Of a DNA stretch of 64,000 bases, positions 63,501-64,000 are shown piece by piece. Source of the DNA: Octopus vulgaris (lineage: Eukaryota); assembly GCA_951406725.2 (NCBI GenBank), contig OX597824.1:7254001-7318000 (forward strand), given 5' to 3'. The position numbers and the translations under genes were made by a program. The notes under the pieces were generated by a model. That model had not been told where the DNA came from and did no database searches. It saw only the letters and a list, made by a program, of their open reading frames with translations. How positions within the stretch are numbered: position 1 is the stretch's first letter; each line of letters opens with the position of its first letter.

Positions 63501-64000
63501 CTGCAACTGATCTGATCTTTTAGTTAGCCCTGTTTTTTATCTCTATTAGTATTATTGTTATGACTTGTGAAATTTAGCCTCACGCCTTGTGTCTTTTTTA
63601 TATGTACATATAATTCTATAGTTCATCTTAATTATATATCGTTGTCTCATGTCTTGTGTTAAATATATATTTAATCTTAAAGCTTGCCCCTAATTTTATT
63701 TTATTTTATCGATCAGTCTCACGCCTCGTAGATATAGAATAAACGTATTTATAATTTATAGCTCCTTATCGTCCACGCTTCTCCCATAGATTAGGCAAAA
63801 TTTAGGTATTTATTTATAGCTACTAATAACTATTTTCTCTCCCAAGGAAGGAAGAATGGCTGCCGGCCGATTCTTGGTGGGCCACGACCCCCCCGTTCCT
63901 CTTCAATTGTCTTATATCTCTTTCGATCGCCATTCGGCCCCTTTCTCCGCCACCCTATATGCATATAAACCAGCGACTGATTTCAACGGCCTCACTTGAA
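57543..64000. repeat. About 601-bp tandem array (macrosatellite), at least 10.7 copies, continues past the window end
   Basis: Units start TGTTATGAC at 57543, 58144, 58745, 59344, 59946, 60549, 61148, 61750, 62351, 62953, 63556; differences are mostly homopolymer lengths. Confidence 0.99.
57930..57986 (+). promoter_or_regulatory. Putative Pol II core promoter, repeated in every 601-bp unit
   Basis: CCGCCACCC GC/CACCC box; TATAAA at 57952; Inr-like CTCACT with its A at 57982, exactly 30 nt after the first T of TATA. Confidence 0.45.

Noticed and set aside
57543-64000. CRISPR array, 5S/snRNA/tRNA/histone cluster, or retrozyme array
   Set aside because: No variable spacers, no A/B boxes or recognisable RNA gene sequence, no ORF, and no CTGANGA...GAAA core on either strand

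Overview
AT-rich, microsatellite-dense and SINE-dense animal DNA. The repeat families and overall texture point to an octopus or other coleoid genome (inference). The window looks mostly like large-intron sequence of a minus-strand gene. Only one protein-coding exon is well supported (54909-55039, minus strand, product unidentified). Nearly all ORFs in the supplied track are translations of microsatellites or SINEs. Interspersed content: three abundant SINE-like families, one young tRNA-headed SINE, hAT, piggyBac and mariner MITEs, RTE and R4/Dong LINE fragments, and several Penelope-type pseudo-LTR elements with minimal hammerhead motifs. Two features stand out. (1) A tRNA-headed, (AAT)n-spaced, hammerhead-tailed element occurs three times in inverted or palindromic arrangements, a candidate Penelope-mobilised SINE. 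(2) A near-identical ~601-bp tandem array (about 10.7 copies, running off the window end) carries a correctly spaced TATA+Inr and an AATAAA in every unit and starts with an LTR-like TGT right after a (TA)n tract. Repeat boundaries were read by eye and are approximate unless a TSD or TIR is quoted.
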